Shown here piece after piece: positions 51,070-62,119 of a stretch of DNA of 64,000 bases. Origin of the DNA: Squalus acanthias (Eukaryota); the NCBI GenBank assembly GCA_030390025.1, contig CM059433.1, positions 26,042,001-26,106,000 of the forward strand. Reading direction: 5' to 3'. The notes beneath the pieces were generated by a model. It had not been told where the DNA came from. It saw only the letters and a list, made by a program, of their open reading frames with translations, and did no database searches. Both the position numbers and the translations under genes were made by a program. How positions within the stretch are numbered: the stretch's first letter is position 1; the number at the start of each line of letters is the position of its first letter.

Positions 51070-52230
51070 CTTGGCTCAGTGGTAACACTCTTGCCTCTGA
51101 GTCAAGAAGGTCAATGGGTTCTAAATCCCACTCCATGAATCCAATCTAAGCTGACACTTCAGTGCAGTACTGAGGGAGTCATCCAGATATAGATGTTAAA
51201 CTAAGGTCCTATCTGCCCTTTTTGATGAATGGTAAAGATCCTATGGCACTATAAGAGCAGGAGAGTTCTCCTGGTGGCCTGGCCAATATTTAACCCTCAA
51301 TCAACAACTAAAGCAGATTATCTGGTCATTGTCATACGGCCCAGAAATTGATCTCGCTCTGTTCCCGCGGGGGTAAGCCTTCCCCGCGATCTCTCACCTC
51401 GCTTGTGCTTTTTCAGATCCAGCTCGCACGAACTTGATGTTCCAGACATCAGCCGGGCAGTGCTTGCGTATCCCACCGGCGTAGTGAATTCGTGCGAGCT
51501 GTGGGATCACGTGACTCAGTTAGAGCCAATGGCAGCACACCATCTTCCATTCATAAGTTTCACATACGTGCTGTGAAATCTATGAATCTTACACCCCCCC
51601 AAAATAACAGCTAAACCTCAATTAAATTAAAAAAAAAACCATCACATTAATAAAATAAGTATAGTTAAATAAATTAACCATTTTAAATAAAAAATTAAAT
51701 TTTTGAAAAAATTTTAAATCTTTTAAAAAGTTATAAAAATAAACTTACCTGTCTTTAAAGTCTCTAAAAAAGATATACCTGTAAAAAAAAAATTCAAAAA
51801 AATACTTAATTCACTACTTACCTTGTTAAAAGTGGGTCTTACTCCTCCTTTTTACATTTCTAAAATCTTCAGTACTTACCTGCGCGTCCAAAGCATGAAG
51901 TGCACAGCGTGCGCGCAGCCTGTAGCGCGCACGCGATGCACCGAGGAACCGCCCCCTTTTCAAAAGAGCAATTGCCAGTTTTCAGCGCATGCGCAGGGCA
52001 TGCAGAAAACCGGCAATTGCAGAGGGAATACGCGAGAGTACGCAGAGCGTACTCTCGCGCACCGGGATGAATTTTTGGGCCATTGTTTTTGGTGGGACCT
52101 TGCTGTGCACAAATTTGCTATCACGTTTCCTACATTACACGAGTCACCACTTCAAAAGTACTTAATTGGTTGTAAAGCAATTTAGGACGCCCTGAGGCAG
52201 TGAAAGATGCTATATAAATGCAGGTTATTT
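51070..52230 (+). mobile_element. DeuSINE-like tRNA SINE split by a family X MITE
   Basis: tRNA-like head tggctcagtgg..gggttctaaatccc. The Deu core resumes at 52082. Tail gctatataaatgca. Confidence 0.75.
51338..52081 (-). mobile_element. Family X MITE
   Basis: Near-identical to 41978-42712. TIRs ggcccagaaatt / aatttttgggcc. Confidence 0.9.
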
Positions 52231-52873
52231 CTTTCTTTATAATAATATTTCTTATTTTTTTTAAATGAGCACACACACACACAAATGTATCAAAATTGAG
52301 TTCAGAGAAGGGGGACTGAAATGATCATGGCAATGATTTAGCAAAAAATATTATCCAGACATTATTAAAACAATCATTAGCTACTGTTTCATAGAAACAC
52401 TTAACTGTTGTTGACATTTTTGACACTGGCAAAGATAACTATTTTGGCAACACTTGTACCTGGAGTGGAATTGGGCACATCTGTTTTAATTGAGATTAAG
52501 GGGCCAAGGTCCATAACGTTGGACATCACAAGGTTAAAGTGAGGAGCAGAGAAGATGAAATAATAAGAAATTGTGGTCAGAGGACATTAGACATGAGTTC
52601 TTAAAGAAAGAACAAAGGAAAGAAAGAAAGAAGGACTTGCCTTTATATATGCACCCTTCACGACCTCAAGACATCCCAAAACGCTTTACAGCCAATGAGG
52701 TACTTTTTTTTTGAAGTGTAGCCACAGTTGTAAAGTAGAAAACGCAGCAGCCAATTTACGCACAGCAAGGTCCCACGAACAGCAATGTGATAATGACCAG
52801 ATAATCTGTTTTAGATTGTAATTATTGTAATAAAAGAGAAAGACTGAGGGAGGTAAAGAGTTCTGCAAAGATT

Positions 52874-53128
52874 GGGCTGGATTTTGTCTTGGGGTCGGGT
52901 TGGGGTCGTGTAATCCGCATTTCGTGTCCCCCCCCCCCCGACTCCAGATTAATGTGGATGCCTGATGCAATTTTCACTTAATTGGGCAATTGAGTTGCAG
53001 CTTATGGGAACCCATGAACTAATTAGTGGTTTCAGTCTGAAAGCCGCTTCTGATGATGTCATCATTGCTGACTGCCTAGTCTCAGAGACTGTTGGTGAGA
53101 GAGGACCTGCCTGGCTTTTGATGCCCTG

Positions 53129-53163
<35 letters not shown>

Positions 53164-53612
53164 TTTTGCCAAGCAAGTCCTCCCCAGCAGTCTCTGAAGA
53201 CATTCAATGCAGTAGCATCAGAGGCGACGTTCAGACCTAATACTACTACTACTACCTTCATCACATCTCCGTTGTAATAGTGGACCTGCAGCCGATAGTC
53301 AGCTATCCACTTGTGCTCCCGCCAGGTTTCACTGGAGTGTTTCACACCAGGCGTGCTTCACGTCAGAAGAGGGTTAAACTAGCTACAGCATTTCAAAATG
53401 GCATTACAGAGCCAATTTAGAGCTTGTTAAGGGCTTTAATGGCCTCTCCCGCCTCTTGAAGGCGGGACGGAGTCGGGAACCCCACGACTGATTCTGTCAA
53501 CATTGCGTGGAGGCGGGATGGAGTCGGGATGGGGTCGGAAACCCCGACCCCGCAAATTTAACCCCCCACACGCCTCCAAACCCGACTCCATGGGTCATTT
53601 AAAATCCAGCCC
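52874..53612. mobile_element. Harbinger MITE
   Basis: 12-bp TIRs gggctggatttt / aaaatccagccc, the same as the 19688-24632 element. TSD not clear. Confidence 0.8.
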
Positions 53613-54332
53613 AAAGGGTTTTATAGTTTTAAAGCCCTGAGAAATAATCAGTTAAGAATTAGATCTGTGCACTTCGTCACTTCTACAGAATTATAGGCCA
53701 AACATGGTGAACTCTGCAGTGTGTGACATGTCACATGATGTGACATTGCCAGTCAGAGAAATCTGAGGCTATGAGAAACAATTTCTGAAATTTTACATAA
53801 CTCAATCATTATTATGCAATACAGAGGGAGCAGCATTTAAAAATTGGGATATGACGGACTTAACTGAGATTCAAAAAAAAGGTTAAATTGATAAAGTATT
53901 TTTGTATTGGAAAGTATTGGTTGGTACCGTCAGATGACTGAGAATAAAAGATGGAATCACAGGAGCTCAGGGGTGCAAGGCCCAGAAAATGACATGTACC
54001 AGATGTCAAAAACCAACTGTTAAATTATTTGGAAGGTACTTTTTTTCTCAATTTCTATTGAACCCTTAGCGTGCCATGGGTGTGTTTACTCATCTGGCCA
54101 CAGTTTTGTATTGTGGGGTCAGTGATGAGTTTACTTATCCATTGGCAACCCCTTCTTGTCTGGACATGGTAAAATCCGTCCGAGATTGACTTCCTGACCG
54201 TGTCGGTCTTGGTATCTTTGACCTGGAAAGTTGCTCCGTTGAAAGTTTTCAAAGCTGCTCTCCTCACCAAAAATGAATGGTGGGAGCAAGGAGGCAAAGA
54301 ATAATAGGTAAGCGAAAGATTTAAATGTTAAT

Positions 54333-55363
54333 GGCCCAGATTTTGCTGGACCGGGGCATCTTGCGGCGTGTCCCGTTAGTTAGACTTGTTTGTGCAGGTT
54401 TAGGTTTTACATTTTTTTTGCCGACAATGTTGCTGGAAGTGCCAGTTGATAATACTGCAGGGAGGGCAATGTATGGGGTACGGTAGCATAGTGGTTATGT
54501 TACTGGACTAGTAATCCAAAGGCCTGGACTGATGATCTGTAGACATGAATTCACATCCCCCCATAGCAGTTTGTGAATTTAAATTCAGTTAATTGAATGA
54601 AAAGCATATTTTTTTTTTTTACCAGACCCACAGTCCTGGGTCTCAGATTGTTGTAAAAACCCAACTGGTTCACTAATGTCCTTTAGGCACGGAAATCTGT
54701 CATCCTTACCTGGTCTGGCCTTTATGTGATTCCAAACCCACAGCAATGTGGTTAACTCTTATCCGCCCTCTGAAATGGCCGAGTAAGCCATTCAATTGCA
54801 CAAAACCAATACTGCAGCGGTTCAAGAAGGCAGCTCACCACTACCTTCTCAAGGGCAATTAGGGATGGGCAATAAATGCTGGCCTTGCCTGCAACGCCCA
54901 CATCCTGTGAACAAACAAAATAAGAGAGACACAAAGGAAAAGTAAGAACAAAAAATTAAAATTTGACATTTTTAAAATCTCCTAAAACAATTCACAACCT
55001 GAAGGAATGAGGCTCCACACTTGTAATTGTTCACTTTCTGGGCTAGAGAGGTTGATTGGCCGTCATTAAAAATTTTCACGTCATTAAAAACTTACGCTGT
55101 TAATTACTAGAGTTAACTTTCTGTGGTGAGTTTAATGGGCCATTAATGTGCAAATGCAGCAATTTCATGAAAATCACAGGGAGGTTAAGCGCGAGATGTC
55201 ATTTTCGCGAAGCTAACGGCAGAGTGGCACAAATCGGCCAGCAACAGAGGCGAATCGCAACTCACAGAGTATCGCTTCCTCGCCACAAGTTGATGGCCGA
55301 TTTGCGCATTAATATCAGCATGTGTCGTTTACACGCCATTACTTTTTCAGGAAATTCTGGCCC
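54333..55363. mobile_element. Harbinger-type MITE, TSD AAT, containing a SINE
   Basis: Ends ggcccagatttt / aaattctggccc, with AAT on both flanks. Confidence 0.75.
54470..54910 (+). mobile_element. tRNA-derived SINE with LINE-derived tail
   Basis: Head tagcatagtggtta..ctggactagtaatcca. Tail shared with 6200-6290. Confidence 0.8.
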
Positions 55364-55956
55364 AATATTTTTTAAATGTTTGAATGGATAGGAAAGAATA
55401 TACTAGTTTGGAAAAGCATGGTTAAAGTTAACATGTAAAAGCAAGACAGCAAGAGAACAGGGAAGGAAAGGAAACAGCAGATGGAAAGGATATTGGGCAA
55501 ACATGTGTATTTACATATTTATTTTAGATGTATATTGTTGATACAATAGTAATAAAGCTATTCCTGTTGCTGAAATGTTTTTTTAACTATAATGCATGTG
55601 TTATTTCCAGTGTCATATTGTTTGAGCTGAAAACTTACAAAACCAGTCAGCTCAGGTAGACAGCGATTTCTGTGGAACTGCAAACAGGTCAAGGGTTGGA
55701 GGAGCACTTATATTAACTGTGACATCCTCCCTGGAATGGTCAACATATCAGCATTGTAATTATGTCATTAAACCTTTGTGCAATATTACATCTTTGATGA
55801 CTCAAGGATAATTACAGTTTTTATTACTTTAGTCTGAATAAATCAATGGTACCAAGGGCCTATGACAACCAATTTCTTTCACTGAAAACAAAAGTAAATG
55901 TTTTTTTGATTATTAACTTTTGCCCCGTTACTTGCGCCTTCATCTTTTTATTGCAG

Positions 55957-56043
55957 CTCAGAATTCTAGCCCCGTTGTTGAAGCAGACAAGAGGCAAGTG
56001 GAAGAAGAACTCACTGTAACAAGGTCTCCGATGATGATGAGTG
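55957..56043 (+). CDS. GFRAL: GFRAL-like juxtamembrane stalk exon
   Basis: ctttttattgcag|...|gtatgt, phase 1-1, 87 nt, QNSSPVVEADKRQVEEELTVTRSPMMMSG. Size and position fit the exon before the TM exon, but sequence similarity is weak. Confidence 0.65.
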
Positions 56044-56149
56044 GTATGTGGATTCATCAAAAAATTCTCCTGTCTATAACACATACAAAACATGCCATTG
56101 CATTATTAAAATAAGCTATGTTGACCATTGTAGCTGCAAGATTTTACCC

Positions 56150-58163
56150 ATGAGGCACCAGCTCTCCAGAGGGCGCGGTCACATACTAGTTCTGCTGCAG
56201 AGGACTCAGATGTTGACTTCGAGGTCCCAGCCCACCGAAGAAGGCTGATGGACATACACCGGGAAATGCTGGGTGCACTGGGCAGCCTGCCAGCGAGCTT
56301 GCGCATAATGTCATGGAGCATGGAGGAGTGCAGCATAGAAACTCAGTAGCCATCAACCTCCCAAGCTGTAGTTACTGGGGAAACACTTTGTAGGAGCAGC
56401 AGGATAGGAAAACGATCGCACAAGATAGGCACTAATGGTTTGCACAAGGGTGATTAGGCAATATGATTTGTCAATGCTGACAGGATTTGTTTTATAAATT
56501 TGGTTTTTGACCTGGGTTTGGTGTTAGTATTTATCTTTGTATTGAAGTGAGGGCAAGACCCATAAGTTTGGAGTGAAGGAAGGCAATCGGATGGTAGTTG
56601 TAAGAAGAGAAGTAAGGATTGTGGGACTGTTGGGGAATGGGAAATGGGAGAGCTGATTTAGTTGAAGCTCTTCTTGATGAGTTTCTCTCTGAGGGCTCAG
56701 GCATATAAGGGCTCTGGTGGACTCTGCCTCACCTCCTCCTGCATTTGTTGTTGCCCAGATGGTTTAAAGTCTCGTCCCTCATGATGACGAAGTTGTGCAG
56801 TATGCAGCAGACGACCTGATACCTGCTCAGGGCTGTACTGCAAAACTCATTCGGATTGGTCCAGGCAGTGGAAGTTTTGCTTGAGCGCGCCGATTGTTGC
56901 TCAATGTTGTTCCTTGTGGCAGCATAGCTCTCATTCTAGGCCAGCTCTGCAGCTGTGCACGGGTTCCTCACAGGAGTCACAAGCCACGCCCGGAGGGGAT
57001 AGCCCTTGTCGCCCAACAGCCAGCCTGTAACTTGGCAGCCTGGTTGGAATAAAGGAAGCACAGAGGAAGGCGCAGGAAGAAAGAGTCATGACTGCTGCCA
57101 AGACACTGGGCACAGACCTGCATGATGTGCTGTCTCTGGTCGCAAACCAGCTGTACATTGAGGGAGTGGAATCCCTTTTCAATGACAAAGATGCCAAGCT
57201 GGTGATGTAGAGAACGTAAGTTCTTGTCGCCCAATAGCCAGCCTGTAACTTGCCGGTCTGGTTCGAATAAAGGTGGTACAGAGGGCTGGCGCTGAAGGAC
57301 AGAGTCATAACTGGTGCCAGGATAGTGGGCACAGTCTTGCATGATGCACGAATCGGATCCTGGTGTTGCACACATTGCATGCACCTAATGAAGCCGATGG
57401 CCTTGACAGCCACAAGCAGTGCTGTCCATGTCATGGTGTGAGGCTCAAGTTTTGGCTGCAGCAGGTGACATAGCTCAGTGACAGCCTCCTTGATGCAAAG
57501 GAGCCTCATACATTGTTCCTCAGTGAAGCCCTCCCTGAAGACCCACTGTGGGTGTAGCCTCCTGTTTAGTACCCTTCCTCCTCCCTCTCCTGTCAGCTCT
57601 GTGGTGTTTTCCTTGCTGCTCCCCCTCATCCTCCAGCCCCAAAGGCAGCCCTATGAGCACCCATCTCTGCAGCCAGGCTATTTGTGAGACAAAGAGCAAC
57701 AACAGTGCAGAAGCATAAAAACCTCTCTCTGTGTAGATAAAGTGAACTTTGCAGAGTGATACAACACAGCAAAAACATCTAGAAGTCAAGCAGCAGCCTG
57801 AAATAAGAAACCAGCAACGAACCTGTAAATACCACATGATCCCTTTAAATAGCGCTGGTGAGGGGGCCTTACCGCCGGTTAGTGCCACGTTGTGCTGAGT
57901 GAGGTCAGCACGTGGCGAGTGAAGAACTGGGGCGATTGAAAAATGGAAAACAGGTCCTTCCAGAAACGCAGGACCCTAATTTACATAAATGAATGAGCGC
58001 TGAGAATGTGTGCGCTCCTGCCGCCAGCACGAGCTCCTCTACCAATATGGCAGGTGGCACCTCTGGCTGGAAGTGCATGTGCGCTTTCTGCCCGCTATAC
58101 TGGGGGCTTAGTAGGCTGCTTAGTTCCCGAAAAACAGGCGCTGTGCAACCCAATTTCTGCGCC
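56150..58163. mobile_element. Harbinger remnant: Myb gene 3' end (+, to about 56457) and decayed transposase (-, about 56660-57700)
   Basis: LHKGD* ending, KGFHSLNVQLVC and WLLGDK motifs, terminus cccaatttctgcgcc. Confidence 0.8.
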
Positions 58164-60500
58164 AGTATGCCTACAGCGATAATACATTTCCATTTTAGAA
58201 TGGGGAATGCCAGTATCAGGGCTCAATTTCTTAGTATTGGCTGTTCGACAAAAATATAGAACTCAGATTAAAATAGGAAATACTATATTGCAAGCAAATA
58301 ATTTAAAATACACTGACAATAAATAAATGAATTTGAGTATTCATTTTTATTAAGTTACAGAGCCATTTGCGGAACAGTTGCAGCAATCTAAAATGCCATT
58401 AACAATTGCCTTGTCTCATCGATTTAATACATTTATACTCATATAAGCTGGAGCGATAATTAGCAATTTGCTATCATACATTTGCAGTGGATAGAGAATA
58501 ATGGTTATATGGAAATTATTACATGAATGTAATCTCATTGTGAGGTTCAAATAATGTCATAAAGCACCAGAGTAATTTATATCTGTTAACCTGAACACCT
58601 CCATCATCACTCCAAATGTCTTTTTTTTTAATGATATAGTTGTTGCCGTGTGGTTCCCACAGGTAGCCTGGGGTCCAGAGTACAGGTTGTGATTTTAGCT
58701 GCACATCTGTCCTATCCCTTTAAGGTACTGCTCAAGTCTCCCTGTGAGGAAGTGATCCAAGTCACCAGATGCAGGGAACTTGAGCTGCTGGTAAACTCCA
58801 GGGGTGGTTTAGAGGTCATTGCAGCTGCTTGTAAGTTTCAGGCGCCAGATCAGAAGAATTCCGTATTAAATGACTGGCACAATGTGTGACACTTGAAGGT
58901 GTAACAGCTGGATTGTAATGGATGTGAAATACTTTTATATGTATGTATCTCTGTTGGATATTTGATTATGAGATTTGTTCCATTCTGCATCTGTTACTTT
59001 CACTGGCACAGTAGTGAGCATTGTGGCAGATGACAGCCAGTGTGTTCCACCCTGTTGTTCCATGATTGCACCCACACTGAAGGATTAGCAATACCTCTGC
59101 TTCTCCATGACCAAGTCCTCCTAGTACCTACCCGACCCACCATCGTCCCTCCCACTCAGACCTCCCCTGACCATAGTCCCACCCAATGTCAATCTGTAGC
59201 TGGTCTTCCAGCTCTCTAAAGCTCTCACCAGGCTCATCCTCTCCATGAAACCCACCTCCATCCTGGATCCATTTAAAACCCAACTGCTAACTGGGCAAGT
59301 ATCTTTCCATGGCCCAATAGTTGACTGACATTGTCAACAGATCCCTTTACATACTGTGCCCTGCCCCTTCAAACCTGCTGTTATCTCTACATCCTCAAAA
59401 GGCTAACACTTAATCCTTCCATCCTTTCCAACTATCACCCTGTCTCTCGTCTTTTCCTCTCTGAGGTTGTTGGCCAATGGTACCGCATCCATTTTACAGG
59501 CGTAAGGCAGGCACCTAAACGTCCACTATGGTGGGCAGCAGGCATGCGCCCATTCCGCACTGGAAGTCCGCCGCCCGGCATATTGGTAAAGTCTCTTGTA
59601 TAGGTGTCCAGGCCCCGTGCCCGAAACAGGCGTTAGGTCCTTTGCATTTGCAAATAGGGGGCCTAATGTCTGTTTTGTGCCCCCTTTACTAAATTAATTA
59701 GCGACTGACCATATCATGTACCGTGCATGCTGTGGTCAGTATTCTTAGACAGTCAGCAGGCACTCAAAAGGTAAGTTTATTTTTTTTTACTTACCTTATT
59801 GTGGAACAAAGAGAAACAGGAGTGCTTCTGACGGCTCCATATTCAATTTTCAGGTCACTGCTGATTGCCATTCGCATCCCTCCCCATTGTCTCCACTCGC
59901 ACCCGTCCCCCAGCCCCCCAGCCCCCACACTAGGCTTACAGCTCATGCCAGTGTCTGAGCCAGCTGATATTCATTCTTCCTGGTACTGCCGAGCTGCCTC
60001 TGGGGCAGTGATTGGTGCCTGTAGCTCGCAGGAAGTAAACAAATGAGACTGGTGGACCAATTTTGCGTGATCCTGCTATCGGCCTCATTAGGCACATGCA
60101 GCTTGTGCTGCACCAGAATCTGATTCACGCACGATCCAAATTCTGGGCCGCTGTCTCTACCGAGTTCTGTGCTCACCTGTCGCATCACTAGACAACCATG
60201 TCTGGTTTCTGCTCTGCCCACAGCACTGAGATTGGCCTGGTCAAAGTATCCAGCTACAACCATTGTGAGTGCAACCATACCACTTGATCCCTCGTTGTTC
60301 TGCTTAATCTTTCTGCTGCATTCAATACAATTGATTACTCCATCTACATCTACTGCCCCTCCTTGCTTGTTTTCATTCCTCCCTGTCTCAAAATAACCAG
60401 CCCATCTCCTGCGAGAGCTTCTCTGGCCGCCCCTGCATGGTCACTTCAGGAGAGCTCCAAACTCCCATTCTTGGCCCCCCTCCTGTCCCTCAGCAACATT

Positions 60501-61253
60501 GGGCCAGAAATTCGGCTCTCCGGCTTCCCGCGGGTGCAAGGATCGCGCGCGTACTTACCTACCGCGCCTGCCGTTGTGCTTCGGGCCCGCGTGTAATTCG
60601 GCTCCTGGGCCTCCTGCAGCTGCCGGCGCGCAGTGCTTGCGTATCCCAGGGGCGCAGTTAGTTCGAAGCATCCCCTGGGATCACGTGGGCCATGGAGAGC
60701 CAATCGGAGCAGGGAATCTCCATTCATAGATTTTGACAGGAAGACCTGTCAAATCTATGAATAGAGATCACCCCCCAAAACCTAACTAAAACTTCAAATA
60801 AATTAAAAAAAAACATCACATTTTTAAAATAACTATAAATTACATAAATTAACTACTTTAAACAAAAATTTAAATTTTTGAAAAAATTAATTATACTTTT
60901 TAACGGTGCTAAAAATAAACTTACCTTTCTTTAAAGTATGTAAAAAAGATAACCTGTTGAAAAAATGGTTAAATTGTATTTAATTTACCACTTACCTTGT
61001 TAAAAGCAGGCCTTACACCTCCTTTTTTCCCGCGCAGCTTCTCCGTACTTACCCTCACGGAGAAACCTGAAAAAAAAAACGAAGTTCGCTGCCTCTCCGG
61101 CGCACGCGGTTGATCCACGAACCCCTTCTTTCACGAGACCGGAAGTTCCGGTTTCCCGTGCATGCGCAGTGCATGCGCGAAACCGGCACTTCCGGTGGCC
61201 CTATGGGTGAGTACACAGCGCGTACTCACCCGTGGAGACCCGAATATCTGTGG
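60501..61253 (-). mobile_element. Family X MITE, inverted relative to 24641-25406
   Basis: Reverse-complement match to 24641-25406 over its length. Confidence 0.88.
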
Positions 61254-61254
61254 G

Positions 61255-62097
61255 CAAGGGACCAGCTTTCACATATATCCTGATAACACCCAGGTCTACC
61301 CCTTTGAAACTGTCCTTGACACCACAACCATTATTTTTTTGTTTACTGCTGTCTGACATCAAACCACAGTTGTATCAGAACTCTCTCAAACGTAACATTA
61401 GCAAGACTAAAGTCAACCTGTAGGCCTCTCAATAAAAACATTGCACCGTGACTCCATCTCCAATGCTCTCCTTGGCAGCTCACTCTGGCTACACTCAATA
61501 GTATACAAACCCAGTTTAACCCAGAGCTGAGGTTCAAATCCCATATGCTTCAAATCCTGGCTGGCCTCCCACCTTGCACCCTCCATAAACTGGAGCTCAT
61601 CCAAAACTATGTTGTCCCTAGCCTAACTCGCACCAAGTCCCATGCACCCATCACCCCTGTACTCACTGCATTGGCTCCCAGTCGGGCAACGCATCGACTT
61701 TAAAATTCTCATTCGTGTATTCCAATCCCTCAATGGCCTCACCCCTCCCTAACTTTGTAACCTCCTCTAGCCCTACAACCCTCCAAGATATCTGCACTCC
61801 TCCAATTCTGGCCTCTTGCTTATCCCTGCTTTCCTACGCTCCACCATTGGCGGCCGTGCCTTCAGCTGCCAAGGTCCTAAGCTCTGGAATTCCCTCCCTA
61901 AACCTTTCCACCCCCCTACCTCTCTCTTCTCCTTGAAATTGCTCCTTAAAACCTACCTCTTTGACTGAGCTTTCTGACTTAATATCTCTCCATGTGGCTC
62001 AGTGTCAAAATTTGTCTGATAACACTCCTGTGAAGCGCCTTGGCATGTTTTACTACTTTAAAGGCGCTATATAAATGCAAGTTGTTGTTGTTGTTGT
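61255..62097 (+). mobile_element. L2-like LINE 3' part (upstream pieces from about 59090 are split by MITEs)
   Basis: YPDNTQVY (decayed YADD region), HWLP, LWNSLP and a (ttg)n tail. Confidence 0.8.
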
Positions 62098-62119
62098 AAG
62101 CTATCTATTATAAAGATCA

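Noticed and set aside
55611..55655. Candidate exon after ttatttccag
   Set aside because: In-frame TGA within seven codons in the required phase.
58361..58446. Candidate terminal or transmembrane exon (EPFAEQ...FILI*)
   Set aside because: No hydrophobic TM stretch and no similarity to GFRAL. The TM exon probably lies beyond the window.
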